In this document: one piece after another, positions 16,964-26,146 of the stretch
Position numbering within the stretch: the first letter of the stretch is position 1
How the letters are laid out: every line of letters begins with the position of its first letter
IMG/VR virus record: IMGVR_UViG_3300047445_000186
Span: 186,001-250,000 of that record
DNA: 64,000 bases
Strand: one strand, 5' to 3'
Program-made: the position numbers and the translations under genes
Notes under the pieces: generated by a model
What the model was told of the DNA's origin: nothing
The model's database searches: none
The model's input: the letters and a program-made list of their open reading frames with translations, nothing else

Positions 16964-19894
16964 TTATACGATTGTCCAAGTTGAGCCGCTCGGGATTGTC
17001 ACTGTTTTGCCAGATGCGATAGTGATCGGTCCAGCGGACATTGCGTTCTTGTTCGTCGTGACAGTGTAGTCGTTGTTCACGGTGATGTCATTCTCGAAGA
17101 AGATCTTGTCGCTGCCACCGCCTCGTGCAGCGACGGCTGCCGACAATACGTACGCAGTGCTCGCGGCTGTAGTGTCATTCGTGCCTGGTGAAGCGGTTGG
17201 GATCGTGACCGTGCCAGTGAATGTTGGATTCACCTGTGGTGCGAATGCAGCCGTTTGCGCAGTGCTGACCGGCTTATTCACGTCACTCGTGTTATTCACG
17301 TTCCCAAGGCCGACTTGGGCTGCAGTGACAGAGTGCGGATTTGAAGTATTGCTGAAGTGATCAGAGAACTGCTTCTGCAGCTTGCCAAATGCGCTCAGCA
17401 CTGAATCGCCAGCAGTGATTACCGCGTTCGTAGCGGTACTCAGACCAGCCAGGATCGTTCCGAGGACACGAGACTCGGTGAAGTACTTATTCGTGCTACC
17501 TTCGGTCACTGCATCAGTCGAGCCGGGAGATGCAGTGATTTCAACGTACACTGAACCTGTCCAGCGGTACGGCTTGTTCGTATCCAATGCAACGTAGATC
17601 TTACCAGTCTCTCCAGTGCCAGGGAACGCAGCAAGATTCGCGGCTTCGAGAACGTCGTCAACGTAGCTTGGGAGCTGAGCCGTTGGGACCTTACCGCCAG
17701 AATCAAGAGATGCAACACCGTTCGCGGCGCCAACCAAAGAGGTGCTGACCTTAGCAGCCACGTCTGTGAGTGTCGCGAGAGTGCCGGTTGTCGGGAGCGT
17801 GACGTTCGTGCTGCCAGTGGCTGTCAGTGTGATACCACCGCCCGTGGTAGTGAAAGCAGCACCAAGAGTAAGATCACCGCCAATGGTCAGAACACGACTG
17901 GCATTGTTCAGCTTCCAAGTCAGGACCGTACCAGCCGAGGCCGTGTCGTTGTACTGATGAGTCAGGAAGAACGAGCCAGAACCGATGTTCTGCATCTTCA
18001 CGGATGTCAGTGACAGTGCGCCCGTTGCCTTGTCGAACGTGAAGCCTGAATTTCCAGCAAGCGCGCCGCCATCGTTGAACTGAACTTGCTTATCGGTTCC
18101 AGCAACGCCTACAGAAGCTGGTGTCCATGCAGCGTTCTTTCGAACGTAGTTCTGCCCATCTGACGGAGCATCGCCGATCTTCAGTGCGATTGCAGCAGCT
18201 TGCGCTGTGCTGACTGGCTTGTTCGCGTCACTGGTGTTATCCACATTACCGAGACCGACCATGGTGGCCGTGATACCAGACACGGTACCAGTGAAGGTTG
18301 GGTTTGCCTTGTCCGCCTTCAGATCCAACGCGGTTTGCTGAGCCGTGCTGACTGGCTTGTTCGCGTCTGACGTATTCGTCACGTTACCGAGACCGACCAT
18401 AGCGGCCGTGATACCAGACACGGTACCTGTGAAAGTTGGGCTGGCCTTGTCTGCCTTCAGGTCCAACGCCGTTTGCTGCGCTGTGCTGACTGGCTTAGCC
18501 GCATCAGACGTGTTCGTCACGTTACCGAGACCGACCATAGCGGCCGTGATACCCGTTACCGTGCCTGTGAAGGCAGGACTTGCCTTGTCTGCCTTCAGAT
18601 TCAATGCGGACAACTGAGCAGTGCTGACTGGCTTCGCGGCATCGGACGTGTTATCTACCTGATCCAGACCAACAGTAGTCTTCGTCAAACCAATGACCGT
18701 GCTACCCGTGAATGATGTCGTGCCTGTGAAGGTCGGATCGGAAACTACAGGACCTGTCAGATTGGTCGTCGTCCAGCCAACGCCGGCTGCGGCGTCAGGG
18801 TACGCACTAGTTGGTGCAGTGAAGTTCGACGTGTACCGAGCCGCACCCTTTGTCCAGCGCAACTCGTCGATGTAGCCATTGAAGAAAGCGTAAACAGAAG
18901 GATTGTTCGCGTCAGTACCACCACTGGCGCCGAGTCGAGCAGGCTGATCAGTTCGCGTGGTCAACATCCCGTTCGTGCTGCTGCCGAAGTTAGTACCGCT
19001 TACCCACGCACCGGCCTTCTCCACACCGTCGATGAAAATCTTGATCTGTCCGCTAACGAACACTACGGCAATATGGTACCACGTGTTCGCCACAACTTCA
19101 GAACCGGTGTTCAGCGCCCAACGGCAGAACCACCCAGGTACTGTGTTCGCCACCGTGTAGTTCTGGCTAACTGAGACGTACAGACGACCAGTCTGCTCGT
19201 AGATTTCCCAGCCGCCTCGGGCCGTACCGCCAGAGCCAGGCAAGGCGTGCATGAAGATCACTCGCTGCGTGCCGTTCACGACGTTCCAGCGGATGTGCGC
19301 CTCCCAGGTCATGGCCGAGGCCGAAGTCATCGCACCAAGATCGAACTCTGGCCCGTTCGTCGTCAAGGTAATGTAGTCACCTGTACCGTCCAACGAGAGT
19401 GAGGTGCTACCGAATTTGGCTGCAGTTGTGCTCAGCTTCGCATCGCCAGTGGCTGTCCATGACAGACCCTTCTGGTCAGTGAAGGTTGTCGCGTTGTTCG
19501 CACCATCGAAGTGCAACAGCGAAACTACGTACCCGAAGTTCGAATCCATCGACGAACCGGATGCCGAGTACATCCAGAGCTTGTTCGCGGTCGTGTCGAA
19601 TACGATTGGCAGCGATCCAGTCGGCACATTCACTGGAACCCCAGTCGGAGTTCCTGTTGTAGTTGGGATCGTGATGAAGCCACTAGTGGCAGTCGTCAGG
19701 AGCGCAACACCAGCACCGCCATCAAGCTGAATGTTCCCGCCTGGACTTGGTTGGAGCGTGAGATTGCTCGCACCCTTTACCAGACCTGGTGTTACTGTTC
19801 CGGCAACAGTCAGCCCGCCTGCGACGGTCGAAGTGCCTGTCCCTGTAACCTCAAGGAGATTCTTTACCTTGAAGTTCGGATTGATCGTTGCCAT
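16964..19894 (-). CDS. Tail fibre with LamG/concanavalin-like domain and 46-aa tandem repeats
   Basis: SLLHFDG...WYHIAV...GYIDELRWTKGAARYTSNF (LamG-like) plus GLGNVxNTSDxxKPVSTAQ repeats. Confidence 0.85.
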   Translation of the reverse strand: MATINPNFKVKNLLEVTGTGTSTVAGGLTVAGTVTPGLVKGASNLTLQPSPGGNIQLDGGAGVALLTTATSGFITIPTTTGTPTGVPVNVPTGSLPIVFDTTANKLWMYSASGSSMDSNFGYVVSLLHFDGANNATTFTDQKGLSWTATGDAKLSTTAAKFGSTSLSLDGTGDYITLTTNGPEFDLGAMTSASAMTWEAHIRWNVVNGTQRVIFMHALPGSGGTARGGWEIYEQTGRLYVSVSQNYTVANTVPGWFCRWALNTGSEVVANTWYHIAVVFVSGQIKIFIDGVEKAGAWVSGTNFGSSTNGMLTTRTDQPARLGASGGTDANNPSVYAFFNGYIDELRWTKGAARYTSNFTAPTSAYPDAAAGVGWTTTNLTGPVVSDPTFTGTTSFTGSTVIGLTKTTVGLDQVDNTSDAAKPVSTAQLSALNLKADKASPAFTGTVTGITAAMVGLGNVTNTSDAAKPVSTAQQTALDLKADKASPTFTGTVSGITAAMVGLGNVTNTSDANKPVSTAQQTALDLKADKANPTFTGTVSGITATMVGLGNVDNTSDANKPVSTAQAAAIALKIGDAPSDGQNYVRKNAAWTPASVGVAGTDKQVQFNDGGALAGNSGFTFDKATGALSLTSVKMQNIGSGSFFLTHQYNDTASAGTVLTWKLNNASRVLTIGGDLTLGAAFTTTGGGITLTATGSTNVTLPTTGTLATLTDVAAKVSTSLVGAANGVASLDSGGKVPTAQLPSYVDDVLEAANLAAFPGTGETGKIYVALDTNKPYRWTGSVYVEITASPGSTDAVTEGSTNKYFTESRVLGTILAGLSTATNAVITAGDSVLSAFGKLQKQFSDHFSNTSNPHSVTAAQVGLGNVNNTSDVNKPVSTAQTAAFAPQVNPTFTGTVTIPTASPGTNDTTAASTAYVLSAAVAARGGGSDKIFFENDITVNNDYTVTTNKNAMSAGPITIASGKTVTIPSGSTWTIV
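18207..18700 (-). repeat. In-frame 138-nt (46-aa) tandem repeat, about 4 copies
   Basis: GTGCTGACTGGCTT occurs at 18207, 18345, 18483 and 18621 (period exactly 138). Confidence 0.9.
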
Positions 19895-19933
19895 CAGTTT
19901 CCCTATCCACCATTGGCATGATGAGCTAGCTCA

Positions 19934-21370
19934 TCAGTTGTTAAAAATTACAGCTTGAAACTTTAGTTGAGTACTGTTCGTTGATGCTGGCGTAACTAGA
20001 AGACGAACATTTGCGCTGCCGTCGTAATCAGCCGTAAAATCAACGAGATAAGTGCCACTCACAATGGTTCCATACTCTGAGATGTACACGTTATTCGAGT
20101 TCGTTCTACTGACCAGAATCTCTGTGAACATCACTGCACCTGACACAGTGTCAAGTACCTGAACAACATATTTAGCTGAGCGATACGTGCTCACTGGCCA
20201 TGAGTCGAGACTCACTTGCGTTACTGCTGCCGTGGTCAAAGCGCCAGCACGTTCACCGAACATCGCACCTGCTGAGAGCACGGTCGAAGTTGTTGTGCCT
20301 GTACCGAGCGCGATCGTTGGAGCTGCGAGCGAGCCGGCTGTCAGTGCACCTGCTACGGACAACGAACCGGCGATCGACGATGAACCCAGTCCAGACGTGG
20401 TCAGTGTGCCAGCGGTAATTGAAGCCTGAGTGTACAGTGGCAGATAATTCGGAGTGCCAGCCCCGTCGATCATCGTGAACCGATCGTTCGTCTCATCCCA
20501 GATGAACTTCACAATGCCATAATCACCGCGACGGACTTGGAAGCCGGCATCAGCGCTCGGAATACCTGTCGTGAATGAGCTGTTCAGCTCGATGATGTTA
20601 TCGGAGATCAGAACAGTCTGAGTGTTCACTGTAGTGGTCGTGCCAGAGAACGTGACATTTCCAGAGAACGTTTTGTTCCCGGCAATTGTCTGATCACCCG
20701 TAGTCCGAACAATCGTGCTGTCGCTGGAAGTCAGACCGTCAACGTACCCCTTGTTCACACCGTCTGTGGAGGTCGATGGATTCCCTACATTCAGTAGCTT
20801 CCGACCACCAAGGTCAATATCGTTCCCGAACAGGATCTTCACGCCTGCGGTATCGGTGATTACGCTTCCAGAGGTAATGTGTAGCGTGCCCTTGATAATC
20901 ACGGCACCACCAGCACCGGTCTGCAGTTCCAAATTACCGGTGCCAGACGTCTGAATTCGCAGATTCTGATTAATGTCCGTGCTGAACGTGATCGTGTCTG
21001 ACACATCCTCGAGGATCTTCTTGCCATTCATGTAGATCGAACCAGGACCTACGTAAATGTCGCGCCACATCATCGTTGGCGAGCCAAGATCGTACGTGAT
21101 GTTCGCAGTCGGAATGATGCTTGCCGACATGTTCAGATTGCCGGTCATCGTGCCGCCGGCTAGTGGCAGGTAAGCACCAGTAGCGCTCGAAAATCCAAGG
21201 CGTTGCCAAGAACCGTTCACATAAACGTGCATACCTTTGACTGAGGTATCCGCGTCAGAGCGAAAGAACAGTTCTCCTTCATCAGCCGAGCCAGGGAAGG
21301 AAGTGCCAGAGTTGATCACCGGATTGGTGAACTTCGAACCTTCTTCGAGTTGAATGCCGTGGAACTTCAT
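19934..21370 (-). CDS. Tail/baseplate-associated fibre-like structural protein
   Basis: Start MKFHGIQLEEGS (21370) aligns with MLIDRPQIVEGS of 10655-13339; DGVNKGYVD and GDQTIAGNKTF fibre motifs. Confidence 0.7.
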   Translation of the reverse strand: MKFHGIQLEEGSKFTNPVINSGTSFPGSADEGELFFRSDADTSVKGMHVYVNGSWQRLGFSSATGAYLPLAGGTMTGNLNMSASIIPTANITYDLGSPTMMWRDIYVGPGSIYMNGKKILEDVSDTITFSTDINQNLRIQTSGTGNLELQTGAGGAVIIKGTLHITSGSVITDTAGVKILFGNDIDLGGRKLLNVGNPSTSTDGVNKGYVDGLTSSDSTIVRTTGDQTIAGNKTFSGNVTFSGTTTTVNTQTVLISDNIIELNSSFTTGIPSADAGFQVRRGDYGIVKFIWDETNDRFTMIDGAGTPNYLPLYTQASITAGTLTTSGLGSSSIAGSLSVAGALTAGSLAAPTIALGTGTTTSTVLSAGAMFGERAGALTTAAVTQVSLDSWPVSTYRSAKYVVQVLDTVSGAVMFTEILVSRTNSNNVYISEYGTIVSGTYLVDFTADYDGSANVRLLVTPASTNSTQLKFQAVIFNN

Positions 21371-21396
21371 GTCTTGACCTGATGCTGGAACAGGAG

Positions 21397-21412
21397 TATT
21401 TAGGCATAAATA
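21397..21412. promoter_or_regulatory. Back-to-back TAAATA putative late promoters
   Basis: TAAATA on the minus strand at 21397-21402 and on the plus strand at 21407-21412, between divergent genes. Confidence 0.65.
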
Positions 21413-21432
21413 GCCCATACAAGGATTGATCT

Positions 21433-22326
21433 ATGTTCTCACTGCTGAAACAAATTCTCACCGAGGGTGGGAAAGCTACCGAAAAGCTCGGTACCGTTCG
21501 CGCCGATCAGGCTGCCATGAAGGCTGCGATCGAGTTCGTATCGAAGACCACTGGCATGAAGGCCTCTGTTCTGGCCGATCGACTGCTCGGCTCTGCTCGC
21601 CTGACGTACAACGGGAAGCAGAAAGACAGCGGTGACGTGGACATCGCCGTGAATGAAACGGAAGTCGATAAGGACTCGATCGTTCAGAAGATGACCGATG
21701 CATGCGGAAATCCTCCACACGTCACTGGTGGTTCGACGTACAGCTTCGCGGTTCCGGCTGGTGAGATCAAAGTTCAGGTTGACCTGATGTTCGTGCCTGA
21801 TGTCGATTGGGCAAAGTTCTCGCACTTCGCAGCAGAGAACAGCAAGCACAAGAGCGGCGTTCGTAATGAGCTGATTCACTCGGCCCTGAAGTACTCGATG
21901 AAGGCAGGTCAGGACGTTCGTGTGAAGGACAAGGAAGGGAACGACATCGTTCGCGCTTCGCGTGCGTACAAGCTGGACGTTGGTGTCGAGCGCCTGTTCA
22001 AGGTTGCCCCAATCCGCAAGGACGGCAAGGGTCGCGTGAAGGGCGTGAAGCCAGCGAATCCAGACGAAGTCGAGCAGACTCTAAAGGACCTCGGTCTGAA
22101 GCGGAACTTCAGCAAAGAACCTGACATCATTCGCGACCCGACCACGTTCGCGAACATGCTCTTTGGTCCAGACGTTTCGCCAGATGACATGGCCTCGACC
22201 GAGCAGATGATCGCGCTGATCGCGAAGTACAAGAAAAAGTACGCGGCCGAGATCTTCCGTGACGCGGTGAAGGGGATCAAGCGCCTGAAGTTCCCGGTTC
22301 CTGACGAACTGAAACAGTACGAGTAA
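21433..22326 (+). CDS. Pol-beta-superfamily nucleotidyltransferase-like protein
   Basis: LLGS-x9-SGDVDIAV and a later VQVDLMF (third acidic residue). Confidence 0.6.
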   Translation: MFSLLKQILTEGGKATEKLGTVRADQAAMKAAIEFVSKTTGMKASVLADRLLGSARLTYNGKQKDSGDVDIAVNETEVDKDSIVQKMTDACGNPPHVTGGSTYSFAVPAGEIKVQVDLMFVPDVDWAKFSHFAAENSKHKSGVRNELIHSALKYSMKAGQDVRVKDKEGNDIVRASRAYKLDVGVERLFKVAPIRKDGKGRVKGVKPANPDEVEQTLKDLGLKRNFSKEPDIIRDPTTFANMLFGPDVSPDDMASTEQMIALIAKYKKKYAAEIFRDAVKGIKRLKFPVPDELKQYE

Positions 22327-22364
22327 CCGACCGTTACGAAGTCTGGCCGGCCATGGTGTACAAT
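22323..22364 (+). promoter_or_regulatory. GTTAC(G)-N20-TACAAT promoter, copy 1
   Basis: GTAAC 22323, GTTACG 22333-22338, TG-TACAAT 22359-22364, ATG at 22370. Confidence 0.65.
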
Positions 22365-22369
22365 TTACC

Positions 22370-22687
22370 ATGACCAAACCATCTACCCCGCGGCAGATGA
22401 ACAAGACCGTGGCCGAGTACTTCGAGGCCAGTGGGTGGAGTTCGTCCCTGTTCGTCGAGCACGCGAAGTACGTGTTCGCAGAGCTCAAGGAAGCTCAGAT
22501 CATCATCGGCCGGACCGTGATCCACGTCGAAAAAGGTCCGAAGAAGATCAAAGTGTACGTGCACTACGCCGGGAAGTCGCGTGAATTCGTGACGATCACG
22601 GACCGGTACGGCATGCCGATCGAGGTGTACCACTACAAGTCCAGTCCTGAAGCTCTGCTGAAGGCGATCAGGGACCACCTGGTCTGA
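22370..22687 (+). CDS. Hypothetical protein (105 aa)
   Basis: Directly downstream of the TACAAT box; phage-like codon usage. Confidence 0.7.
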   Translation: MTKPSTPRQMNKTVAEYFEASGWSSSLFVEHAKYVFAELKEAQIIIGRTVIHVEKGPKKIKVYVHYAGKSREFVTITDRYGMPIEVYHYKSSPEALLKAIRDHLV

Positions 22688-22696
22688 CGGTGTTTA

Positions 22697-22727
22697 GCTA
22701 AACAAAAGAGGGACCCTAGGGTCCCTC
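22697..22727. terminator. Palindromic bidirectional terminator-like element, copy 2
   Basis: GAGGGACCCTAGGGTCCCTC 20-bp palindrome at 22708-22727 between convergent genes. Confidence 0.7.
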
Positions 22728-22754
22728 GGCTGTTTCTGGTGGCACGGTAAGTGC

Positions 22755-24599
22755 TTAGGCACCGCACTTGCACATGCCGGCCTTCAGCTCGTCGATCTGA
22801 GCTTGCTGGGCCTTCACAGCTTCAACGAGCAGACCAACCAAGTTACCGTACGCGACCGACAGGTAACCTTCTTCGTGCGTTTCAACAGCTTCAGGAGCGA
22901 CAGCAATGACGTCCTGAGCGATCAGACCAGTACCACGGATACCGTCGTGAATGCGGGTGAAGTTCACACCAGTAAGCTTCATGACCTTAGCGATCGCGTC
23001 TTCGATCGGCGTAATGTCCTTCTTAGCGCGGCGGTCAGAGAAAGCCGTGACGTTACCCTGAGCGGTGATCGCGCCACCAGCGTAGATGTTACCCGTCATC
23101 GAAGCGCCACCTGCAACACGAAGAGCGCCGTTGTCAGCGTTCCAGTTACCGGAGTTTGCACCGCTCTGAGCGATCAGGTACTGACCGTACGCGGCGTTCG
23201 TTGCCACGGTGTTCACACCTTGGACGTTACCCGTATTGGAAACGATAGCACCACCACCAGAAGTGATCTGACCAGTTGCGTAGATCGCACCAGCGGTCGA
23301 GATCGCGGATGTTGCGTGCGTGAACGTGATGCCGTTGATGACCAGATTGCCGGACATCGTGGAACCATCGCGACGGACGTAGTTCGCGTTCGCCACGGTT
23401 GCTGAGACGTATCCAACTGCATTGCCGAGCTGGCCAACTTCAGTCAGATTCTGATTGTCCCAGAGCGTTCCCCATGCACCCCACGAGCCGACTGTACCGC
23501 TGTCATCGTTCACACGGAAGCGCAGACCGCGAGCAGCAGTTTCTTCAAGGTTCCAGTTCGCTGCGATCTGCAGACCACGAGCGCCTGCTGGAGCAGATTG
23601 ACCCATCAGCGTCAGACCAACTTGGTATTGGCCGATGTCAGACGTGAAGTAGCTGTCAAAGCCGGAGATCGAGTAAGCGGGGAATGTCGTTGGAGCTGGG
23701 GAAGCGGTGCCTGCATCACCGAAATCATAGAACAGAGTTGGACGGCCGGAGACGCCAGTCCAAGGCACGTTCGATGCGTTCGTTGCATTGATCGCGTTCG
23801 TGGCGTTATTTGCGTTGTTCGCAGTAGATGCGTTCGTCGCGAATCCGACGCTCAGGGCGGATTGGGATGCCCACGTTGGAGCAGCAGCACCACCAGAGAG
23901 CAGGACTTGCAGCGCAACACCAGCGGCTGTCGTACCGATCTGCGAAGTGCTAGCGCCGTAAGCGACACCACCAGCGATCGTCGAAGTAGAACCCGTACCA
24001 CCGCGCGTGACAGCGAGGGTACCAGTCGCCATGTTCGATGCGTTCTGATAAAAAGCGCCTTGTTGACCGTCAAGCAGGTCAGCGTCAAGAGTCGAACCAG
24101 CGCCGTCATTGCCAGCGTGCCAGACTTGTTGACCGAGCCATGTCAGACCCGCATCGAGAGACTGAACGCTGATTCCAAGCCCTGGAGTGAGGGTGCCACC
24201 AGTCGACCAATTCGTACCTTGACCGATATTCAGATTGCCGTTCAGACCTTCGAGAACGACTGGCAGCGCGCCGCCATTCTGATTGCCGATCAGGATACGC
24301 TGAACACCGGTGTTCTTCGTGACGCGCAGAACATCAGGAACTGTCAGTGGGCCTGTCAGGACACCACCACCTGTGCTCAGGTACAGATCAGGCGAAACGG
24401 CCGAGGTCCAACCTTGTTGAACTTGCGAGCCGAACTGGCCTGGGTTCGAGTCCTTGATGAACCCGAACAGGTACAGACCCGACGAACCGCCGATCGCGCT
24501 GTCTGTTTTGTAGAACAATGCACCGTCTGATGCTTGTCCTACGGTAGGCAGCGTCGGACCGTAAGAAATGAGTGCGCCGCCGTTGAGGATCTTTGCCAT
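22755..24599 (-). CDS. Tail fibre with C-terminal S74 chaperone
   Basis: Start MAKILNGG with GGAG RBS and TAAATA at 24635-24640; LDADLLDG, TLAVTRGGTG, FSDRRAKKDI...VAYGNLVGLLVEAVK. Confidence 0.85.
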   Translation of the reverse strand: MAKILNGGALISYGPTLPTVGQASDGALFYKTDSAIGGSSGLYLFGFIKDSNPGQFGSQVQQGWTSAVSPDLYLSTGGGVLTGPLTVPDVLRVTKNTGVQRILIGNQNGGALPVVLEGLNGNLNIGQGTNWSTGGTLTPGLGISVQSLDAGLTWLGQQVWHAGNDGAGSTLDADLLDGQQGAFYQNASNMATGTLAVTRGGTGSTSTIAGGVAYGASTSQIGTTAAGVALQVLLSGGAAAPTWASQSALSVGFATNASTANNANNATNAINATNASNVPWTGVSGRPTLFYDFGDAGTASPAPTTFPAYSISGFDSYFTSDIGQYQVGLTLMGQSAPAGARGLQIAANWNLEETAARGLRFRVNDDSGTVGSWGAWGTLWDNQNLTEVGQLGNAVGYVSATVANANYVRRDGSTMSGNLVINGITFTHATSAISTAGAIYATGQITSGGGAIVSNTGNVQGVNTVATNAAYGQYLIAQSGANSGNWNADNGALRVAGGASMTGNIYAGGAITAQGNVTAFSDRRAKKDITPIEDAIAKVMKLTGVNFTRIHDGIRGTGLIAQDVIAVAPEAVETHEEGYLSVAYGNLVGLLVEAVKAQQAQIDELKAGMCKCGA

Positions 24600-24666
24600 T
24601 TGTGCTCCAGGACTTCTGGGTAAATTCGATCCAGTATTTAGCCCGAACCTCCTCTCTGGACGAACT

Positions 24667-24688
24667 TGTAACGTCTGTTCGTTACAAT
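24667..24688 (+). promoter_or_regulatory. TGTAAC-N8-GTTACAAT promoter/operator
   Basis: Inverted repeat whose right arm overlaps a TACAAT -10 box, 21 nt upstream of 24710. Confidence 0.6.
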
Positions 24689-24709
24689 TGAACATTCATA
24701 GGAGAGTAC

Positions 24710-25762
24710 ATGGAACATATGCAATTGGGGCATCTGAACAACGATTTTCGGACGTGCCTGCATCATCTGAATGCGCACGGCATGACTGCGCACCCACGTG
24801 GAACGACCACGAAAGAGCTGCTGAATTACAACATTTCGCTCGGCGATCCACGCAATCGGATCATCAATTTCCCTGATCGGAAGACCAATCTGAAGTACCT
24901 GCTCGGTGAATTCTGCTGGTATCTCGCTGGTGACAACGACCCTGACAGCATCATCCCGTACAGCAAGTTCTGGGACAACATCCGCAATTCTGGCGACATG
25001 CCGGGATACGCGAAGGGCACGATCAATTCGAACTACGGCTATCGTCTGTTCGGTCTGGACAACGAGATGCTCGTTCCGCATGTCGAGAAGGCAATGACTC
25101 CGTACGGTTGCGATGAGACCGGTGCAGTCGTGATCGAGCCGCATGAGACGACAGTGATTCGTGGTCAGAGCCAGTGGGCAGCAGTAGTCGACATGCTCAA
25201 GGCCGACAAGGATTCGCGTCAAGCGATCATGAACATCCATCGCCCAAGTGATCGTCACGTCGGGAACAAGGACGTTGCATGTACCCTGACCCTGCAGTTC
25301 TTCATTCGTGAGAACAAGTTGTTCATGATCACGAACATGCGATCGAACGACATCATTCTCGGCTTCACGAACGACGTGTTCCAGTTCACGATGCTGCAAG
25401 AAGGCCTGATGGTTCAACTGCGTGAAACGTACCCTGAGCTTGAGCTCGGCGCGTACTACCACAATGCAGGTTCGATGCACATCTACGACAGGCACTTCGA
25501 GATGGCGAACAAGATCGTCGCTGACGAACGAGCACTCGAGCTGTCAATGGTTCCAATGGATCGATTCGACTCCGAGATTCTGGACAGCCTGGTCGAGATT
25601 GAAACTGAGTGGCGCAAGGACGGCATGAAGAAGGACTTCAACTTCAATCTGTACACCTCGTACCAGAAGCTCACACCGTACTGGCAGAACCTGATTCAAA
25701 TGTGCTTCGCCGAAGATGGTGAAGCAATGCACGCCGTGTTCGGCATCCCAGAGGAGCATTGA
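24710..25762 (+). CDS. T4 gp42-like dCMP hydroxymethylase/hydroxylase (thymidylate synthase fold)
   Basis: INSNYG, DSRQAIMNIHRPS, catalytic ACT, MRSNDIILGFTND (Asp at the dCMP-specifying position, like gp42 D179) and NAGSMHIYDRHF. Confidence 0.85.
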   Translation: MEHMQLGHLNNDFRTCLHHLNAHGMTAHPRGTTTKELLNYNISLGDPRNRIINFPDRKTNLKYLLGEFCWYLAGDNDPDSIIPYSKFWDNIRNSGDMPGYAKGTINSNYGYRLFGLDNEMLVPHVEKAMTPYGCDETGAVVIEPHETTVIRGQSQWAAVVDMLKADKDSRQAIMNIHRPSDRHVGNKDVACTLTLQFFIRENKLFMITNMRSNDIILGFTNDVFQFTMLQEGLMVQLRETYPELELGAYYHNAGSMHIYDRHFEMANKIVADERALELSMVPMDRFDSEILDSLVEIETEWRKDGMKKDFNFNLYTSYQKLTPYWQNLIQMCFAEDGEAMHAVFGIPEEH

Positions 25763-25763
25763 A

Positions 25764-25940
25764 ATGGAAATGGCATTTGCGCTGTTGCTAGTTCTGATCG
25801 GAGGCTTCGGCCTTCTGGTCGGCTTGAACTTCAGCCACAAGGAAGGTGACGGCGACATGTCGACGTTGTACGCCATAATTGGCGGTGCTTGGGCTGCTGG
25901 CCTTTGCACGTTCGCAGCGAAAGTGATGCACCTCACATGA
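25764..25940 (+). CDS. Small two-TM membrane protein
   Basis: 58 aa with two hydrophobic spans; ATGA-coupled to the next ORF. Confidence 0.65.
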   Translation: MEMAFALLLVLIGGFGLLVGLNFSHKEGDGDMSTLYAIIGGAWAAGLCTFAAKVMHLT

Positions 25941-26146
25941 GCGATAACCTGGTTGGATATAGAGGCGCGACCACTATGGACACCGGGTATTTCTACTGTC
26001 CTTATCCGTTCGGGTCTACTGAAGAGCAGATCCGAGCGATAAACGCGAGCCTTGAAGCATCGCGTCTGACGGAAGAACAACGTGCGTTCCAGCAGAAGCT
26101 CGCAAAGAGCATCAAAGACACACCGAAGGTTCCATGGAAAAGCTGA
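25937..26146 (+). CDS. Small protein with a gp23 major-capsid-like N-terminal motif
   Basis: LVGYRGATTMDTGYFYCPY versus T4 gp23 VGYKGPNEMDAGIYYAPY (recalled). Confidence 0.6.
   Translation: MSDNLVGYRGATTMDTGYFYCPYPFGSTEEQIRAINASLEASRLTEEQRAFQQKLAKSIKDTPKVPWKS

Noticed and set aside
18207-18700. CRISPR-like regularly spaced repeats
   Set aside because: The 138-nt period is in frame inside a CDS and the intervening sequence is also repeated, so there are no unique spacers. No cas genes are present.
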